A stretch of 16,324 bases of DNA. It comes from Stenomitos sp. GTDB lineage: Bacteria; Cyanobacteriota; Cyanobacteriia; Leptolyngbyales; Leptolyngbyaceae. The notes below the pieces were generated by a model. The model had not been told where the DNA came from and made no database searches. It saw nothing but the letters and a program-made list of their open reading frames with translations. Of this stretch, positions 14,914 through 16,324 are shown piece after piece; within the stretch, counting starts at the first letter, position 1; every line of letters starts with the position of its first letter. Both the position numbers and the translations under genes were made by a program. The stretch covers positions 1-16,324 of the forward strand of contig JBGTJW010000684.1 in NCBI GenBank assembly GCA_041744955.1, in the 5' to 3' direction.

Positions 14914-16324
14914 TCAGTCCGTCTGGCACCTCTTTGCCCTTGTATCGACTCAAACGCTTGTTGAAGTAACGCCATACTACCTGACCCAAAATGTAGGGTT
15001 GAAACAACGCGATCGAGGGTTTAAGCAAGTGCAGCACTTCCATAAACGTACGGTAGACCCTGGCTCGATCAACGATTAGTTCCAGCACTTGATCCCAATA
15101 CCAATTCAGAAACTCAGTCACTGCATTAATCGGCTTGCCCTGCGTGTTGCGGTAACGGTAGTCTGCACCCGTTGCCACTAACCAAGCCTCCTGATGTGCC
15201 TTGGCTAATTGTTGTTGCAGGCGGCGGGTGTGGTGCTCAAGTTGGTTAATTCCGTGGTGCTGAAAGAATTGATCTAACAGCACGGCTTCAAGTGCAGCCA
15301 CGGTCATGGCTTGTCCATAGGTGGGATTCAGCGAGCAACCTGCATGTCCCACCACAATAAAATGAGCGGGTGCGTGGGAGCGCCGTGCATAATCGCGCAA
15401 GCGATTTTCGTTGCCGTAATGGGCATAGATGGGCGTAAGGGGTGTGCCTTGTTCAATTACCTCTGCCAAAATTGGGGTGGGTAGACTGCGCGCAAAGGCT
15501 AAAAAGCCAGCTTCATCAGTGGGAGGATAATCGCGATCGCCGCCGACCAAACTGACAATCCAACGCCTGCTATGGGGATTGGAGCGATCGCCCTCAATGG
15601 GAAAAATGACTCCACCGCGTTGCCGCTGAGGCGGGGCAGATGGCACAAACAGCATTTTCCAATCTACAACTAGATCGGCTGGAGGCTGATAGATGCGGGC
15701 AACATAGCCCACAAACGCATCAACTTCTGTTTCGGGTGGTGGCTCATAGCCCAAGGCACTCAACCATTGCGGCGCGTGGGAGGCTTTGCCACTCGCATCT
15801 ACAATCAGATCGGCATAGAGTGACTCAGTGGCTTGAGAGGTCGCACCTGCATGCTGATGCAGCGATACCCCCACAATTTTTGTGTGCTCTGTATCTGTTA
15901 ACAAGCCGGTAACGCTAGTTCCTTGCAAAAATTGCACCCTGGGAAAGGCTGCTAGGCGACGGCGAATCCCCCAGTCCAATAAGTCTCGGCTACAGGTAAA
16001 GAGCCGCAAGTCTGAGGCACACCGAGTCGTCCACCCAGCGGCGGTCAAAAACGCCATGTCTTGCAGACTGTCTACCACGATCGCGCCCTCCGCCACTAGG
16101 TCTGCTTGAAGCCCTGGGAAGAACTGTTCTAAAATTTGTTGCCCCCGGAGCATGAGGCTGTGTGGAAAGCGAGAGTGAGGCAATCCCTTACGAGGCGAGG
16201 GCTGATCCGGATAAAGATCACGTTCTACAAGGGTGACGCGATCGAAATGGTTTGCCAGGGATCGACTGACTAACAGTCCTGCAAAACTACCGCCAATGAC
16301 TAACGCATGAGTCTTGTGTCGCAT
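14882..16324 (-). CDS. FAD-dependent oxidoreductase/monooxygenase-like protein
   Basis: 480 aa. The ATG lies at the window edge (16324-16322) and the dinucleotide-binding motif HALVIGGSFAGLL..VTLVERD follows immediately, so the N-terminus is probably complete. Later blocks LIVDASG and GHAGCSLNPTYGQAMTVA fit the flavoprotein monooxygenase fold. Substrate unknown. Confidence 0.8.
   Translation of the reverse strand: MRHKTHALVIGGSFAGLLVSRSLANHFDRVTLVERDLYPDQPSPRKGLPHSRFPHSLMLRGQQILEQFFPGLQADLVAEGAIVVDSLQDMAFLTAAGWTTRCASDLRLFTCSRDLLDWGIRRRLAAFPRVQFLQGTSVTGLLTDTEHTKIVGVSLHQHAGATSQATESLYADLIVDASGKASHAPQWLSALGYEPPPETEVDAFVGYVARIYQPPADLVVDWKMLFVPSAPPQRQRGGVIFPIEGDRSNPHSRRWIVSLVGGDRDYPPTDEAGFLAFARSLPTPILAEVIEQGTPLTPIYAHYGNENRLRDYARRSHAPAHFIVVGHAGCSLNPTYGQAMTVAALEAVLLDQFFQHHGINQLEHHTRRLQQQLAKAHQEAWLVATGADYRYRNTQGKPINAVTEFLNWYWDQVLELIVDRARVYRTFMEVLHLLKPSIALFQPYILGQVVWRYFNKRLSRYKGKEVPDGLKNPAPHSLGS

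Noticed and set aside
1-16324. Search for CRISPR arrays, tRNA/rRNA genes and integrase/transposase genes
   Set aside because: I saw no regularly spaced direct repeats, no tRNA-like GTTCGAATC/T-loop contexts, and no ORF with recombinase motifs. The only mobile DNA is non-autonomous (the MITE) or cassette-like (the R-M pair).

Overview
Cyanobacterial chromosomal segment, judged from about 16 perfect HIP1 octamers (GCGATCGC), the phycobilisome gene apcF and an NtcA-type promoter upstream of glnA. Core genes are glnA, apcF, mnmG/gidA, a PHP phosphoesterase, a ferritin-like di-iron protein and a FAD oxidoreductase. Three parts stand out. (1) A six-gene plus-strand cluster at 920-4919 encodes a Met-rich MXKDX-repeat lipoprotein, an exported thioredoxin-like protein, CcdA, an exported single-Cys MsrA, a 4-TM cytochrome b and a Tat-exported SUOX-fold molybdoenzyme. 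It looks like a complete extracytoplasmic module for buffering and repairing methionine oxidation, with both a thiol-driven and a quinol-driven arm. (2) An AT-rich, HIP1-free type II R-M cassette sits between apcF and mnmG and is bracketed by direct repeats. It pairs an NgoPII-like endonuclease with a HaeIII-like C5 methyltransferase, predicted specificity GGCC, and the whole 16.3 kb window holds a single GGCC site. (3) A decayed MNT/HEPN toxin-antitoxin pair lies between mnmG and the FAD gene. Its MNT gene is split by a 122-bp MITE with 18-bp terminal inverted repeats and a 6-bp target duplication. I saw no tRNA, rRNA or CRISPR array. All family assignments come from motif recognition by eye and from memory of family members, not from database searches.
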